A DNA stretch of 63,915 nucleotides, filler included, from Vannella sp. (Eukaryota), in the NCBI GenBank assembly GCA_023345925.1. It is 6 parts of 6 records of this genome, joined end to end, with 100 filler letters (N's around TTAATTAATTAA, not from the genome) between each part and the next. Parts side by side here need not be neighbours in the genome. Positions count along the whole stretch, not along the records: positions 1 to 22,918 come from JAJQQN010000294.1; positions 23,019 to 31,258 come from JAJQQN010000046.1; 4 more parts are not named here. One strand, 5' to 3'. The position numbers and the translations under genes were made by a program. This document shows, piece by piece, positions 12,782-26,198 of this stretch (positions within the stretch are counted from its first letter, which is position 1; each line of letters starts with the position of its first letter). The notes beneath the pieces are model-generated. The model did no database searches, had not been told where the DNA came from, and worked only from the letters and a program-made list of their open reading frames with translations.

Positions 12782-13046
12782 TCACTCTTCGCTCTCTTCA
12801 GCTTCAGCGGCCTTCCACTCCTTGATATTGTTCTCGAGAGTAGCCCAAGATCTCTGAACAGCAAGGTCAGCTCTACATAAATCATGCGCCTGAAGGGGGT
12901 CATCGTACCTTCCTGTTGTGCATATCCCAGACGATATCGACGCCTCTGGTAACAAGGAATTGCAACCCGAAAGCACTGATTACAAAGAAGCCAGCGAACG
13001 TGGAGTTGCTCTTGAAGATCCGGCGGAGGAGGGGATAGTTTGCCAT
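12782..13046 (-). CDS. QCR9: cytochrome bc1 complex subunit 9 (QCR9/UQCR10), 2 exons
   Basis: The spliced product MANYPLLRRIFKSNSTFAGFFVISAFGLQFLVTRGVDIVWDMHNRKRSWATLENNIKEW... matches the QCR9 pattern (FRRNS..F...F..AF.......WxxxNxGKxWxD). Confidence 0.8.
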
Positions 13047-13163
13047 GACTGAGAAAAATGATCCCAACAAAGCCTAAATCTAAAAGGCATCGATGCAATT
13101 GAATTGAAAGTAATATCATGATTTTTTTGGTTCTCTTTCAGGCCATTTTGCTTCCGACAGGCG

Positions 13164-15251
13164 ATGGCAGAAGGTGCTGATACACCAGCGGTTCAGGCTA
13201 TCATCGATCAGCTGAAGCACGATGATTGCCAAGTTAGAACCATTGCTACGGGACGCTTGACTACTGTTGCAGCGGCCTTGGGCCCAGAGAGAACAAGGGA
13301 GGAACTTCTCTCGTTCCTTAATGGTGAGCGACCTCTCCAAACTTTGCTGCTTTGGTTCTCACTTTCCCTCTCTTTGATGCAGAGTGCATGGATGATGAGG
13401 ATGAAGTACTTGAAGTACTTGCTGTGCAGATTGGTCTGATGGGAGAGTTCGTTGGTGGTGTCGACTTTATCCACCTCTTGCTGAATCCGTTAGAGACCCT
13501 CTGCGCTGCAGAACAATCTCGCGTGCGAGACAAGGTATGGGATTATCCCTGAAACAAGAAAGGCTCCTAACGTTACCCCACAGTCCGTTGAGTCCTTCAA
13601 AAGCATCGCTCTCCAGTTGAGCCCTGCGAAGATAGACGAGTACTTCTACCCCCTCTTGGGCCGTCTTAACAGCCAAAAGTGGTACACACCCCATATTTCC
13701 CTCTCAGCACTGATTGGGATCACCTATCCTCACGTAAACGAGGCGAAGAAGGCCGAGCTTAGAGGGTACGTCGGTCTCTCTAATTTTCCCTCCGTCCTTG
13801 AGTGCCTCTTCATGGTCTAACTTACCTTCGTTTGCGTCTTCTATCATCAGTATTTACGAAAAATTGGTTGAAGCAACTGCTCCCCTTGTCCGTCGAGCTG
13901 CTTCTGCCAACCTCGGGGTATGTTGACCTACTCCCTTTGCTTATATTGACAGCTGAATCATTGGACAGGCCTTGGTGGCTGTACTCGAGGAAGAGTTCTT
14001 GGAGAGCTACGCACTGCCCCTCTTCAAGGTCGCTATCAAGGACGACCAAGACTACGTTCGCTTTATGGCTGTGAACACAAGCATTTCTTTGTGCAACAGA
14101 CTCCCGAACGCCAAAACTAGAGAGCACGTCCTTCCCGCAGCGAAGCAACTTGCAACCGACAACGCCTGGCGGGTTCGTTACATGGCAGCGGAGAGGTTTT
14201 GCGACGTAAGTGGTCTTTAATAAGCCACTCAGTTACTCACCCCTTTGAAGCTCTCGAAGGAGTTTGGAGAGGACGTTGTGAGAGCGGAGATGGTGGACAT
14301 CTTCGTGTCTCTCCTCGAAGACCGCGAAGCTGAAGTTCGCTCTGCTGCTGCATCGCAAATCACCGCGTTCTGTCAATTGCTCAGCGAGGAGATCATTATC
14401 AAGACCATCTTGCCTCCCATTCGAGAGCTTGCCAATGACGGAGACGAGCACGTGCGCGCTTCCTTGGCTGGAGATGTGATGGGTCTCGCTCCTCTCCTGG
14501 GCCGGGCCAACACACTGGAAAACTTGTTAGGACTCTTCATCAAGCTGCTTGGGGACGAGTTCTACGAGGTCCGACTGAGCGTCATCTCCAAGCTGGATGG
14601 AATCAACCAGGTTGTGGGTATCGACCTCTTGTCGGACTCTCTCCTCCCTGCTATCACTCAACTTGCTGAGGAGAAGCAGTGGAGAGTGCGCCTCGCCATC
14701 ATCAATTTCATTCCCCTCTTGGCTCGCCAGCTGGTACGTTCCTTGCTCTTTCTGAAGGACTCTAGTCTCACAGTAATGCGTAGGGTGTTGATTTCTTTGA
14801 CGATAAGCTGTCTGCACTCTGCCTGAACTGGTTGGTGGACCCCGTGTTCTCCATCAGAGAGGCTGCTTCCAAGAACTTCAAGGAGTTGATTGATGTGTTC
14901 GGTGTTGGTTGGGCTAAAAGCACCATCATCCCCAAGGTACTAGAGTTCTGCAACCATCCCAACTACCACCTTCGAGCAACTACTTTGCTGTGCGTCAACT
15001 CCTTGTCAGTTGCGGTTGGTGCCGAGATGACGGATAGCACTCTCCTCCCTCTTGCCCTCAAGATGGTGACCGACAATGTGCCCAATATCCGCTTCCGATT
15101 GGCCCGCACTTTGGCCATTCTCGCTCAGAACTGCGAAACCATCGTTGCTCAGCAGAGAATCCGCCCTGCGTTGGAGTCTCTACTGTCTGATACTGACAAG
15201 GATGTCCGATATGAAGCTCACAAGGCTATGCAGGTGGCTGGGTTTGCCTAA
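13164..15251 (+). CDS. PPP2R1: protein phosphatase 2A scaffold subunit A (PR65), multi-exon
   Basis: IIDQLKHDD, ALGPERTREELL, DDEDEVL, WRVRYMAA, EAEVRSAAA, WRVRLAII, DNVPNIRF, DKDVRY HEAT-repeat motifs. Confidence 0.95.
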
Positions 15252-15669
15252 ATCCCGCCCTCTTGGCCTCTTTCGACCGCTTTTGTCTGATTCTTGGTTC
15301 TCCAGCACGGTCTCGTAAAATATTTCGTCTTGTATTGTAACCTCTTTCGCAAGATCCCAATAAATACTTCTCCTCCCTCAAACTGAAGCCAGAAATCTCT
15401 CAGTAAAGGGCAGAATGGAGAATTACCATCGCCGCCAGAGTGAATTGGAACCAAACGAGCAACGAGTACTCGGCAACACTACTTCTCCCATTCTGCCAAC
15501 TCCCACCTCACAAGAGCACTCACAAATCCCCTTTCCACCTTTTCAGGATTTCCCCTTTTGGGCTCACAAGAGTAATTCAATATGATTAGATAACCGTCAA
15601 TAAGGTGATGCACTTTTGAGGTCCACAAGAAGCTTCATTGTCATTGGAGTTCATTTGTTGGTGGTCCTG

Positions 15670-17101
15670 ATGAGGGGCGAAGAGGAAAGCGAGGTTATCC
15701 CCCACAAGAGCTCGAGTGTGGAGGTGAACATCTCCATGTCTCTATCGCAGGATGAAGGGGAATCGTCTCTTGCATCTGGCGAAGAGCTGGAGGGATCTTT
15801 GGCCAATACCAAGTAGGAAGGGCGGGCGATCAGGACTTTCCTCTGAGAGTGGTGAACCAGCGTGGGGAAAACCTTCATCAATCTCATCAAAGCTTTCGTG
15901 GGATCTGGTATCCTCGGTCTTCCTTACGCCTTCTTCCAAGGAGGGATCCTTGTCCGTCCCCTCCGCTTCGTTTCGCTTCCGCACTCGCTCACCAAGCCCT
16001 TCTTAGTTCTCAATCCTCGCCATGATCTTTCTCGCCATTCTCTCAAACTACTGCATTCGAGTGCTGCTTCACTGTGCGAACGAACTGGAGCCAAAGCACG
16101 GAAAACTGTCTTTAGGTGACATTGGGGGAGTTATCTTCGGGCCGAAGGGCCGTGTCCTTGTAGATTTAGTTTTAGTGCTCACTCAGGTGGGCTTTTGCTG
16201 CGTCTATGTGGTGTTCATCTCTGTGAACCTCCACAGTATCTTTGGTTCATTAGAAAGCTGGCAATATGCTGTTCTCTTGGTGCCTTGCTTCAGCATTGTG
16301 TGTTGGATTCGGGAACTTAAGTGGCTGGCTTTCCTCAGTTTGGTGGGACAAGTGGCTTTGGTGGCTGGATTGAGTATAATTGTGGTATTTGCTGCCTTGT
16401 CAGCGGTCACAATAACACCAGAGACGTATGCTGTGCGCTTCAGCGGCATTCCGATCTTCTTTGGTATAGCATTGTTCTCCTATGAGGGTGTCGGAGTTAT
16501 CCTCCCCATGCGCCGGTCAATGAAGGATCCCCAAGCGTTTGGACTAGTTCTTGACGCTGCGTTCCTTGTTATGACGATTCTGGAATTAGCATTCGGAGTG
16601 ATTGGATATGCTGGCTTTGGCGACCAAGTCAATCCCAACTCAATCACAATGAATCTTCCAAAAGGCACCATTTGGGCTCCCATCGCTCAGGTTCTCTTGG
16701 CCACTTCCATCTTTTGTACCTATCCTGTTCAGATGTTCCCCGTTATCGCCATTCTCGAAGAAGTGTTATTCAAGAAGGTGCCTTGGTTGGCTCTTCAAAG
16801 TGGACCAACTCAGGAGTGGTCTCGGAATGGACTCAGAAGCCTTTTGGTCGCCTTCACATCAGTCATTGCCATTTCCATTCCCTACTTTTCCTTGTTCGTG
16901 AGTCTTGTCGGTTCATTGGGGAGCAGCTCATTGGCATACATTATCCCTTGCCTGTTCCATTTGAAGCTGTTCGGTCGCCGCTCTTCCCGCCTTCACATCC
17001 TTTTGAACTCCTCCATTGTGGTCTTTGGCATCCTTGGTGCCATTCTCTGTTCAAGCCTCACATTGTGGGAGCTCTACAAGGTGATGTTTGACAGCCCATA
17101 A
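15670..17101 (+). CDS. amino acid transporter, AAAP/SLC36 family
   Basis: KTFINLIKAFVGSGILGLPYAF, FFGIALFSYEGVGVILP, multiple TM segments. Two 5' introns. Confidence 0.9.
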
Positions 17102-17213
17102 ACTGATTCCCTTTCCCAAAAGCATATTCTTGTGGGAAGAGTGACTTGCAGGAATAATGGTCTGAAACACTTTCAACCTTTTCCAGAGGATTCAAATGAG
17201 CAGTTTAGTGCAT

Positions 17214-19090
17214 CTATTCCTCCTCTGCGGGTCTCTCTGCAGCAGCAATGAGCTCTTCCACCTCATTTCGGAGGGAAGAACCGGAAGTGACAAATTGATC
17301 TTCCAACTGAGCAAGCTGTTTCTTCACCTCCTCGTTGGAGGGGGCAGCGGAAAAGCTTAGTTTCTGACGGAAAGCAACCACACGGTCCTTTGCAAACTGT
17401 TCAGCACGACGGGCACCCGCTCCCAGATCAGATCTAGCGGAGGAGATCTTTGAGACGAGAGACTGGATCTGAGTCGCAGAAGCAGCGACATCAGTGTTGT
17501 ACTTCTGAAGCTTCTTCTGGAGAGCTTTGGTGTTCTCTTTGGGGTTAATCTGTTCGAACTTCTTCTCGAGGCTGTCAAAGATGTCAGACAACTCTCCCAC
17601 CAGCTTGCGCGCCTTCTTCTCAGCTTCAGAGAGAGATCCACCGAGAGGGGCATCGTGAAGGCGGAAGTTGGAACGGAAGTAACAAATGGCCAACAGGAAG
17701 AAGCCAAAGTACGCTCCAATAAGGAAGAGAGGTTCGCGGATCATCGAAGAAGAAGAGAACTTGTAAGTGACGACAAGGTTCTTCACGCTGTGCTCAGGAA
17801 CAAGGTTGCTCGCACGAAGGGTGAACACCAGGCGCCCCTCCGTGTCGAGGTACGTTGGGCGAAGGCTCTGGGAATGGTCACGCGTAGGGATCTGCGAGGA
17901 GACCTGCACATCATAAGCACCCTCAGGAAGGATAACACGGACTTCCATCTCGTTGATAACAGCGTCCTCAAAGTGGTTGATGAAAGGAACCGTCAGGATG
18001 TACGTGTCACCTTCAGTGGCAAGGAAGCGAGAAGAAGGGAGGTTGTATCCGGTCTTAAACTCGGTCTTCCACTCTCCAAACATAACGAAACGGGGGCGCA
18101 CTTGGAACTTGACCCCGTTCTCGTGAGGGAAGACGTTGGACGTGCTGATGTTACCGATAATATCACGATAGTACACATCAACAGCACCTTGAGGCAGCCA
18201 GTGGATGAACTCTTGGATAGAGTTGCCGACTTGGCCCTTCATGTAGTCAAGACGAGAGAAGCCGCCCTTCAAAGTGGCTCCAGAGTGATGGAGCTTCCAG
18301 GATTCCTCCATAGCAACGTTACCCCAGTGAGATACCTCAACCTCCTTGATTAGATGGTCCACAACGATGAAGCGGGCGGTGTTGTAGGCATGAACAAAGA
18401 AGGGAGTCGGCTTCTTCCACGCTTCCACGTTCTTGAAGGGTCCATAGGTGAGGTGTTGTTGCTCCTCATCAACAGAGACAAGCTTGGTGTCCTTGCTGTA
18501 GTCCAGGACTTGCATCGCTCGGATATCGGTAATTTGAGAGGCGGAAGGTGTCAATGTGGCCACAAACAGGTCTCCAGTGTAGTACATCTTCTGGTACTCG
18601 CTTTGAGTGATCGAGACGGGCTTAGGAGTGAGGGAGTGAGTGTAGACGCTGCTGGTTCGGATGATTGTTGACTTCTTCGAGGCGAGGGGCTTCTCGAAGG
18701 TTACTTCGATGATCAAGTAGCTGTAGAATCCATGTGAGTTCATAATGAAAGAGGCGGACTGCGGGGCAGACCAGAGTGGGAAGCGACTTACCTTTTCCCA
18801 TTGACCTCGCGTGTTTCCACCACTGCATGGGGGACAGCTTCAAGCTCTGCGTCCTTTCCTCGTGCCTTTTGCTTTGGGCGAAGTACAGACCATTCAGAGA
18901 GGTTCTCCGTGGCGATGGTCACTTGGAAAGAAGCGAGGCTTTTGCTTCCAGTGTTCGTCACCTCGTAGAACACTTCTTCACGGACCAGAGGAGTTGTTAG
19001 ATCCAACGAACGCTCAATATCCAGCTTGAAGTCCGCAGCATTCACGAACCCCACCAAAGCTATCAACAAGCAGGCCGCCACCACGCGCAT
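17214..19090 (-). CDS. RPN1: oligosaccharyltransferase subunit ribophorin I (OST1), 2 exons
   Basis: Signal peptide, EVSHWGNVAMEE, GGFSRLDY, YYRDIIGNISTS, PTYLDTEGR, single TM and cytosolic tail. Confidence 0.95.
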
Positions 19091-19605
19091 CGCCAGAGCC
19101 TTGAAGAATGACGTCAGACTTCCGAACATCTCCCTGAATCATAATCTGATGATTCATTTCACAACAGGTGTTCAACAGAGTCGGCTCAGACAAGCCTGTT
19201 GACGGAAAGACTTCTTCAGGAGGACTTTTCAACGCGGTTTAGCCTAAGCCGGTGGACTGTGAGTTCAAGTAGAATCAACTTTGGTACAAAGACGTACCAG
19301 GACATGGTAACGGTCTTGAATGCCCTGAAGGACTCCAGGAGTGGGTTGAGAACAGTTTGTTTTTGGTTTCCTTGTGTCTTATGTCTTTGGTGTTGTCCAG
19401 CCTGACTTTGCAAGGAGATTTGACATCCAGAATGACGGATGACAAGAGGATTCAGTGACAAGCGAGGCTTCACACTCTATCTGGCTGGAGTTATGGAAAA
19501 GTGAATTGTTTATTTTTGGATCAATTTGGAGGCAGAATGCTGAAAGGTAAAGGAGAAGGGATCATCTGGAAGACATAAGTATCTTTGTGCTTGCCAATCT
19601 GATTA

Positions 19606-22600
19606 TCATGGAGGAGAGCCTTTGTTGTTCTTGTCCATTCGCGATCTCTTTTCACAGATTTTGTCCAAACTCAACATAACCTGGGACACTTCTTTGAGGA
19701 TGGCTTGGAGGAAAGGTACGACGTGGAAGTGCTGGGGAATGGGCAATTGGCCATTCATGGTTCTCTGTGACAATCGGGCTTGTTTTTGTTTTAATTTCAA
19801 AAAGTCCAGCAGTTTGTCTTCTGCAAAGTCTTCCTGCAGTGTCCTCCCTTTCCCTTTACCAGGGATTTGGCGGCCATCAGGAGTGGTTATCATTGGCTTG
19901 GTAAAGCCTTCCCACTTGGTACGAAGCTTTGCTAACTTCAGATCGCAATTTGTTGCCACACAGTTTCCACAGATTGGAGTATTCTTGTCGTGACTCACCG
20001 AATTCTCGTGTACTTGGTGGCAGGAAAGTGCTTGGAATAGCTTGCAGGAGTCTTCTGCTTGCAAGGATTTGTCGGAGGGATGACAAAATCCAACAAAACT
20101 GTCCTCAGAAACAGAATAATCTTCGTTCCCCTTCTGTTCCTTCACAACTAGGTTCCGATGTCTCCAAATGCGGTCGGCTACAGTTCCCCAATTGAAGCTG
20201 CTTTGAAGTTCTTTCAGCAACTTTGACTGTTTGAGGATTTCGATCAAGTCCTTCTCTTCTTTTTGGTCTAGCAAGAGCTCGTCAGCCTTTCCGTTGTTTG
20301 AGAGCAACTTGAGTTTCTTCAGAGTATTGAATAGCTCAATGGACGCCTGCAAGCGACAGTTAACACCAGCTGAGGCATTCTCGAGGAAACTGTGATAAGA
20401 AAAGGAAGAATCTTCCACTTGGAAGTAGAGAAGTTCATCCGGGCGCTGAGCATCTCTGATGTTGTCGAGGAGGGGCAAGGCTTCTTCTTCATGCTTCGCT
20501 TTGTTGGTGATGGAGATAAGGAGGGGGTACCAATTCGGATAGATTTGGTTTGCTCCTGAGAAGGGTTGGATAGAATGGAACAGTTTGAGGACATAAACGC
20601 CTTCCTTGGTCATCAAAAAATCATCCATTTTTTGGTCAATGTGTTTGATCCACTGTGATTGAGCGGGGGACACTTTCAATTCGCCTGTAGAGACGGACTC
20701 TCCGAGTTTGAACTCCAAACATCCTTCTGGATAGATCATACGAAAGGAAGCGAATGAATCGGCCGGGAGGAGTTGGAGGTGAAAGCTCCAGCCAGTCCTA
20801 CCTTCTTCAAGGATGCTCAACTGGTGGCGAACTTTCCAACTTCCATTTGCGTTTAGCTGCTCCAAAGTCAGAGTGTAGGGGTTGGTGGTTACCTTGGTCG
20901 CCCCACTGAAGCTAACCCAATGGGTTGGACAGTCTGTTCGCACTGCTTCCTTGAGACTCTGTTTAAGGCGTTCCATGTTGGGAGCGTCTTTCATGATAAC
21001 TTGGAGGACAGGCAAGTCATTGTCTAAACAGAACGTGTGTTGGAGAAGACGCGTTGCCCATTGATCGATCAAATTGCGGAACCTGATTGCAATCGCGTAC
21101 CCTTGACGCATGCACTTAACCAACAGATGCTCTTGCCCTTCGAGGCTATCTTTTGTGATGATTTTGAGTTGGCGATATCTGAGTTTGTGCAGCTGCTCTG
21201 TGTTGAATTGCAATTGCTCCACCAGATCCTGATTCCACTTGCACAAGAAATCGGTTCTGAAGCCGAGCCGCAGAAGGTCTGCATCTGTTGGTGATAACTC
21301 CTTACGTCCTGACAAATGGGGAGAGTGCAGCCGTTCTGGTCTTGGCCCGGTAGGTATGATACCTCGCAAGTAATGAGTATAGAGGAGCAAAGATTGTTGT
21401 GCTGCAAAGTAGCGCTTGTGGGTCAATTGCTCATCAATCTGATCAAACATTGAGCTCCCAATTAACTGGACAGTTTCTAGTTGATAGGACAGGAAGCGGA
21501 GCTTTGGAACTTGATAGTAGCAGAATTCTACCAGCCATGCGCTTTCTTCAGTAGAATGACAACGGGAGGCTAGCTCCCTCCATGCAACGCACCGGTCTCT
21601 CACCTGATCTGGAGTAGACGGTGCAGGCTCTCTAAAGAGTTCAACAATCGCTCGTTCTTCTTCCAGTAAAACTTGAGAATTAAATTGTAGGGCGCTTGTA
21701 CTGAGAGACAACTCATCTGGGGGGGAAACCGAGAATGCGAGAAGGATTTGTTCGATTGAAGTTGGCCCATCGCCAAGGGCCTCATCAAACAATTGTTCCA
21801 GGTTGCAAGAGAAATCTGGCTTCCAGTTGGTATTTGTGGAGGACAGTCTTTGGACTCTGGTGTCCAAAAAGTTGCGCAACTTCTCCCTTATCCTCACCGA
21901 ATCGAAACGTCGCGGAGACTTTGAGACACACAACCTCTTAGATGGCTGATCTCGGCAGTATCAGAGCAATTGCTGGAGGATCCATTAAGTTGGCCGAAGA
22001 TTTCATCCAAAATGGCAGATTTTTGGTCCTCATCGGAATCCCAGCGATCTCTGAACGCCCGGTTTGGTACGAAGAACGGAACAGGTTTTTTGCGTTGTTT
22101 CTCAAAGACTCGAAGGGGATCGTTCCGCAAGGAATACCACAGAAGCTTAGAGAAGTTCCTGAGCTCTTTTTTGTGGCTTGTAAACATCGGATCATTTTGG
22201 GCAAACAAGAAGAAGGACCATTCGGTGAACTGAGGAAGCGCTTCACTGTAGTCAATCAAGATGGACACTTCTCTGTCGTCCACCCAACCAGAAGATTTTT
22301 TTATCTCCGAGTGGACCTTTTGAGGAACCAATCTCACGTGCTTGGTGTTGTTAGCGATTTGGTAAAGAGGTTCCCACCAACCCTGGAGACCTGCATCAAG
22401 TGAAGAATACGATTGCAAGCTGCTAATGAGTTGCAAAGCAGTCTGTGTGACGGAGTTGTCTTCCAATCGCTTGTTGATACTTTCCACAACAATGGGGTCC
22501 AGATTTGTACCAACAACGGGTAACCTTTTGATGATCAGCTCTTTCTTTCGGTCCAAGTATCCCGATAACTGGTCCGTTAGCATTTTTTGTGACGCCACAT

Positions 22601-22918
22601 CCAATTCCTTCAATTGAACAGAAGGAATCAAGCCATAGTCAACGAGCAGACTGGATAGAGCCTGTGCACTAGGCCGGTTTGGGAAATACGTGGATTTGTT
22701 GGCATCTCCAAAACGATGAGAAAAGAGTCCAAAGGCCCGATCAAGCAAGTGGAGAGTTCGCATAGCAATCTCACATGTCAAGTTTCTTGCGGTGGGAGAA
22801 AGACTATGCTTTTGGAGATCAAGCTCTAGAACAAAAAGTCCCTTTAACCTTCTCCAAAGACGCCTAATTTCCTCCAATGTCTCACTGAGACTTGGGCTCA
22901 GTCGAAATCGCATTTGTA
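19606..22918 (-). CDS. large hypothetical protein (at least about 1090 aa), probably 5'-truncated at contig edge, 2 visible exons
   Basis: The 339-aa and 775-aa ORFs join in frame through a 41-nt GTGAGG...CAG intron (21857-21897). Cys/His cluster near the C-terminus. No recognised domain. Confidence 0.65.
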
Positions 22919-23018
22919 NNNNNNNNNNNNNNNNNNNNNNNNNNNNNNNNNNNNNNNNNNNNTTAATTAATTAANNNNNNNNNNNNNNNNNNNNNNNNNN
23001 NNNNNNNNNNNNNNNNNN
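22919..23018. other. artificial contig linker
   Basis: N44-TTAATTAATTAA-N44 spacer with stops in all six frames. Confidence 0.98.
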
Positions 23019-23115
23019 CCTCTTCCCCTTTGCTCGTGGATTTTCTCTGATCCTTTCGCGAACTCAACCCAGAGAGACCTATTCGGGGGTTTGGTAGCTT
23101 ACTGGTCATTTCTTG

Positions 23116-25399
23116 ATGTTCGTGAGGAGAAAGCCGCGGCAGGAGAAGAAGGCCTCGGGCACGGGGTATGCTGTTTCAAGGAGAATGGTAGCGCGGAATA
23201 TGGTAGCGGTGGGAGAGGAGGAGGAGGAGGAGACCTTTCAGATCGACCGAGCGAAGCAGAAGGCGACGGGGAAACTGTTTGGTGGAGAAGCGCCTGTTCC
23301 CCTGTTCCAGAGGCAGACTGGAGAGTACTCTACTGAGAAGCTGATTGCCCTTAAAGCAAACAACAAGTTTGTAGCTCCTTCCTCCCCTTCTTCACCTCTG
23401 TTGGACGAAGACTCGGACCCAATGTTCGATAGCCCGCTGATCCAGACTCTCCCACTTGATACGATGGAGGAAGATGACGCCATATCATCTATACAACGAG
23501 AGTTCATCGCTCCCACCACGCACGCGATAGCTCAAGCCAAGTTGAAGCGCGAAAGGGCTCGCCGACAAAAGGGCGAAGTTGGCGACGATTACGTGTCATT
23601 AGAGAGCGGTGCCGGACTTGGGTCTCAAGCAACAGAAACGCCAAGTCGAATCGTACGGGAAGAGATGGTGGAGGGAGACGAAGACCCTTTTGAGGAGCTC
23701 CGAGCAACGAATGTCCTTCGATTTGGAGACCCTGGCCAAGAGAAAGAGAGGTCTAGGCTAAGCCATATGATGGATAACGATGACATCATGGATGAAGAAG
23801 AAGATGCAGACTCTCTGGCATGGGAAAAGCAGCAACTTCAAAAGATGGGTTTCTCTGATCAGCCCTCCTTCAGCGCAGATCAAAGCGCTCGAGGGAGCGG
23901 TGCTCGACTCGGTAGCTCTGATTCTAGTTCCGCTCTCTTATCTGCTATGGACTCCATCCGGGACCAAATTCAGAAAATCAGTCAACAAAAGGAACTGAGT
24001 GAAAGGGACTCATTGCGATTGGGATCTGCCATTGAGAAGGAGAAGGAAGATGTAGCAACACTTCGAATCAAGCTGCAGAAGCTCCTGGAGCAAGGAAAGG
24101 ATCTCCATACTTACAAGTCATTCATTCACGATCTCATGAAATGCTTTGAACTCAATCTCCCGGTTATCACACAGCTCGAGGCGCGATTATCAGAGCTGCA
24201 AGAAGGCCTTCTTCAATCTTATAGTGGATTCTATCACGGTGAGATCCACTCCAGTTCCTCACCACAATACGATGAGTTCGGAAGAGACATCAATTCCAGA
24301 AGAACTCATCAACGGGAGTCTTTCTTTGGGCACAAAAAACTGAAACGAAGAGAAAAGGATGGTCCTATTGATCCTCCAGGGATGTCTTCTGATGATGAAT
24401 GGGAGGAATACCAGTTTCTTTCAAACTGCATGAGTGATGCAGAAGAAAGCAAGAGCTCCCTGTCCCAAGCGCAAGAGCTTTTCCAAGATTATATCGAATC
24501 AGTTAACGAGACTCTTACTGAGGCGGGCGCCCTGCAACGAGATGATTTACCTCCAATGTCCGAAATCTTGAGCATGTTTTGCAGTTGGAAGACCCAGCAT
24601 CCTTCTGCTTATGATAGTGCATATTGTGATAACTCTCTTTGGCTGACGTTATCTCCTATTGTTCGAACAGAACTTCTTTTTTGGGATCCTTTGCTTTGTT
24701 CAACTGCAATGACTTCATGGGAAAGCCAGCAGTGCCATTCCTTCACTGAAATGGCGTGGGTTCGTTGTTTGCAACCAGAAACCACCCTTTTGGGTACAGC
24801 AGCGGTCCTTTCAAAACTGGTGGAAGAAGAAGTGGTCCCTAAACTCAAAGACATAATGATGGGGCCTTGGGACGCCTATTCGCTCTCCCAGAACAGAAGA
24901 TTGGTATCTTCTATCTTAGATTTGCAAGGATTTTACCAAAGAATGGAAATTCTCTCGACAGGAGCTGTTGAAACTCTTTTAATCAAGTTGATAGCCAAGT
25001 TTCACACTGAAAGAAAGAGATTACCATCTTCTGATGACATTTACATTGCCTTTCGGGCCATCAAGGTGAGTTTTTATGAAGCACTTAAAGTGATATGTTC
25101 TTATCCTTCTTTTTTAGCTCCTTCGCGCACTGAATGAGTGGTCCAGTCTGATTCCTGCAAGCAACATGGCTCCCATTTTTGCTCATATTGGAGAAACTCA
25201 TATCTTTGGGTTCCTTGATCGCAACAAGTCTTCGCTGTCACCCCAACAAGTTCAAAGTGTTTTGGATACTGTCCAAAAACATATCGCCAATCTCACCCCA
25301 CTATGTGACTTCAGCCGGGCTTCCACCTTTGCAACTCACCTATCTACTTTCCTCCAAACGCCCCATCCTGTTCTGCTGCAGTTATCTGGTAGCTCTTAA
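23116..25399 (+). CDS. GC-rich sequence DNA-binding factor (GCFC/PAXBP1/Ntr2-like spliceosome disassembly factor), 2 exons
   Basis: AKLKRERAR..DDYVSL, WEKQQLQK, YDEFGRD, GMSSDDE, WKTQHPSAYDSAY, PIVRTELLFWDPL. Intron 25066-25117. Confidence 0.8.
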
Positions 25400-25593
25400 T
25401 GACAAAGCTGCCATTTTTTACAGCTGTAAGAATGAGTTGAGCTTGCTCAACTGGACCTTTCTGTACTCGTTGCAAAAGAAAGTCCTCGAACCTTGTGGAC
25501 AGAGCGTGAAATGGGCGCGTTATGCAGAGAACACATAAAACTCCCTATTCCCTCTCCCCTTATCTTATGCTGAGATCTCCATCACTGCCAGTA

Positions 25594-25965
25594 TTAACAT
25601 GAGCATAGAGACTCTCCAGTACTTCGTTCTGATGCCATCAAAAGAGGACCTCCAGAGCGAGTAAGTCCGACTCTCAGTCCACCTTCGGTGTCGAGGGCGG
25701 CGCTGTGAGACTCACCAGCAGCTACAAAAGCGATGGAAGGTAGTCCTGGCACTCGCTGTAAGGTCAAGGAAGAAGAGAGAGACCAGCTTGCCACACCTCC
25801 CTCCCCTTCAAGAACGAGGGAGTGGCCGTCTCCCCAGTCCACCTGAACCGGCTGCGGACCATTCCAGGGAACCCTTGCTGGTTTACATTGCTGGACAGTT
25901 GTTCTCTCCAAAAGCGAAAAGGCCCCTTCGAGGGAGAGGAGGAGCGTGTGGGAGCCAAAGGGCAT
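25594..25965 (-). pseudogene. degenerate RCC1-repeat paralog
   Basis: The nucleotide start is nearly identical to the RCC1 gene at 48058 (cacacgctcctcctctccctcgaagggg). It has a 1-nt deletion in the G-run, lacks the GQLGLG segment and terminates after about 2 blades. Confidence 0.75.
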
Positions 25966-26198
25966 CCAAAGAATGGATAGAGGAGGTCTCATACATGAGC
26001 TACATCATACGCTTGCTCCTCTAGCGCCTGCTTTGACTGCCCTCATCGAAACGACCCAAAGGAGGGAAGGACAGCCAAGTCTTTCGAAGGAGAGGTCAGC
26101 TGTGGGTTTAACGTGGTTTTGAAAGGTTGGTAGAAGGGTATCGATGGTTTGCTGTCCATAGGAAGCCTGAAGGAGGTGGAGACGTCCATTTTTCTGGG

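Noticed and set aside
15383..15426. U5 snRNA loop-I-like sequence (GCCCTTTACT...AGATTT) on the minus strand
   Set aside because: It mismatches the invariant GCCUUUUAC loop, has a poor stem and no clear Sm site. It is better explained as an intron-like segment.
17655..18671. Long plus-strand ORFs opposite ribophorin I
   Set aside because: Antisense shadows caused by codon bias of a highly expressed gene.
21857..21941. Apparent frameshift between the 339-aa and 775-aa minus-strand ORFs
   Set aside because: A 41-nt GTGAGG...CAG intron (21857-21897) joins them in frame, so programmed frameshifting or pseudogenisation is not needed.
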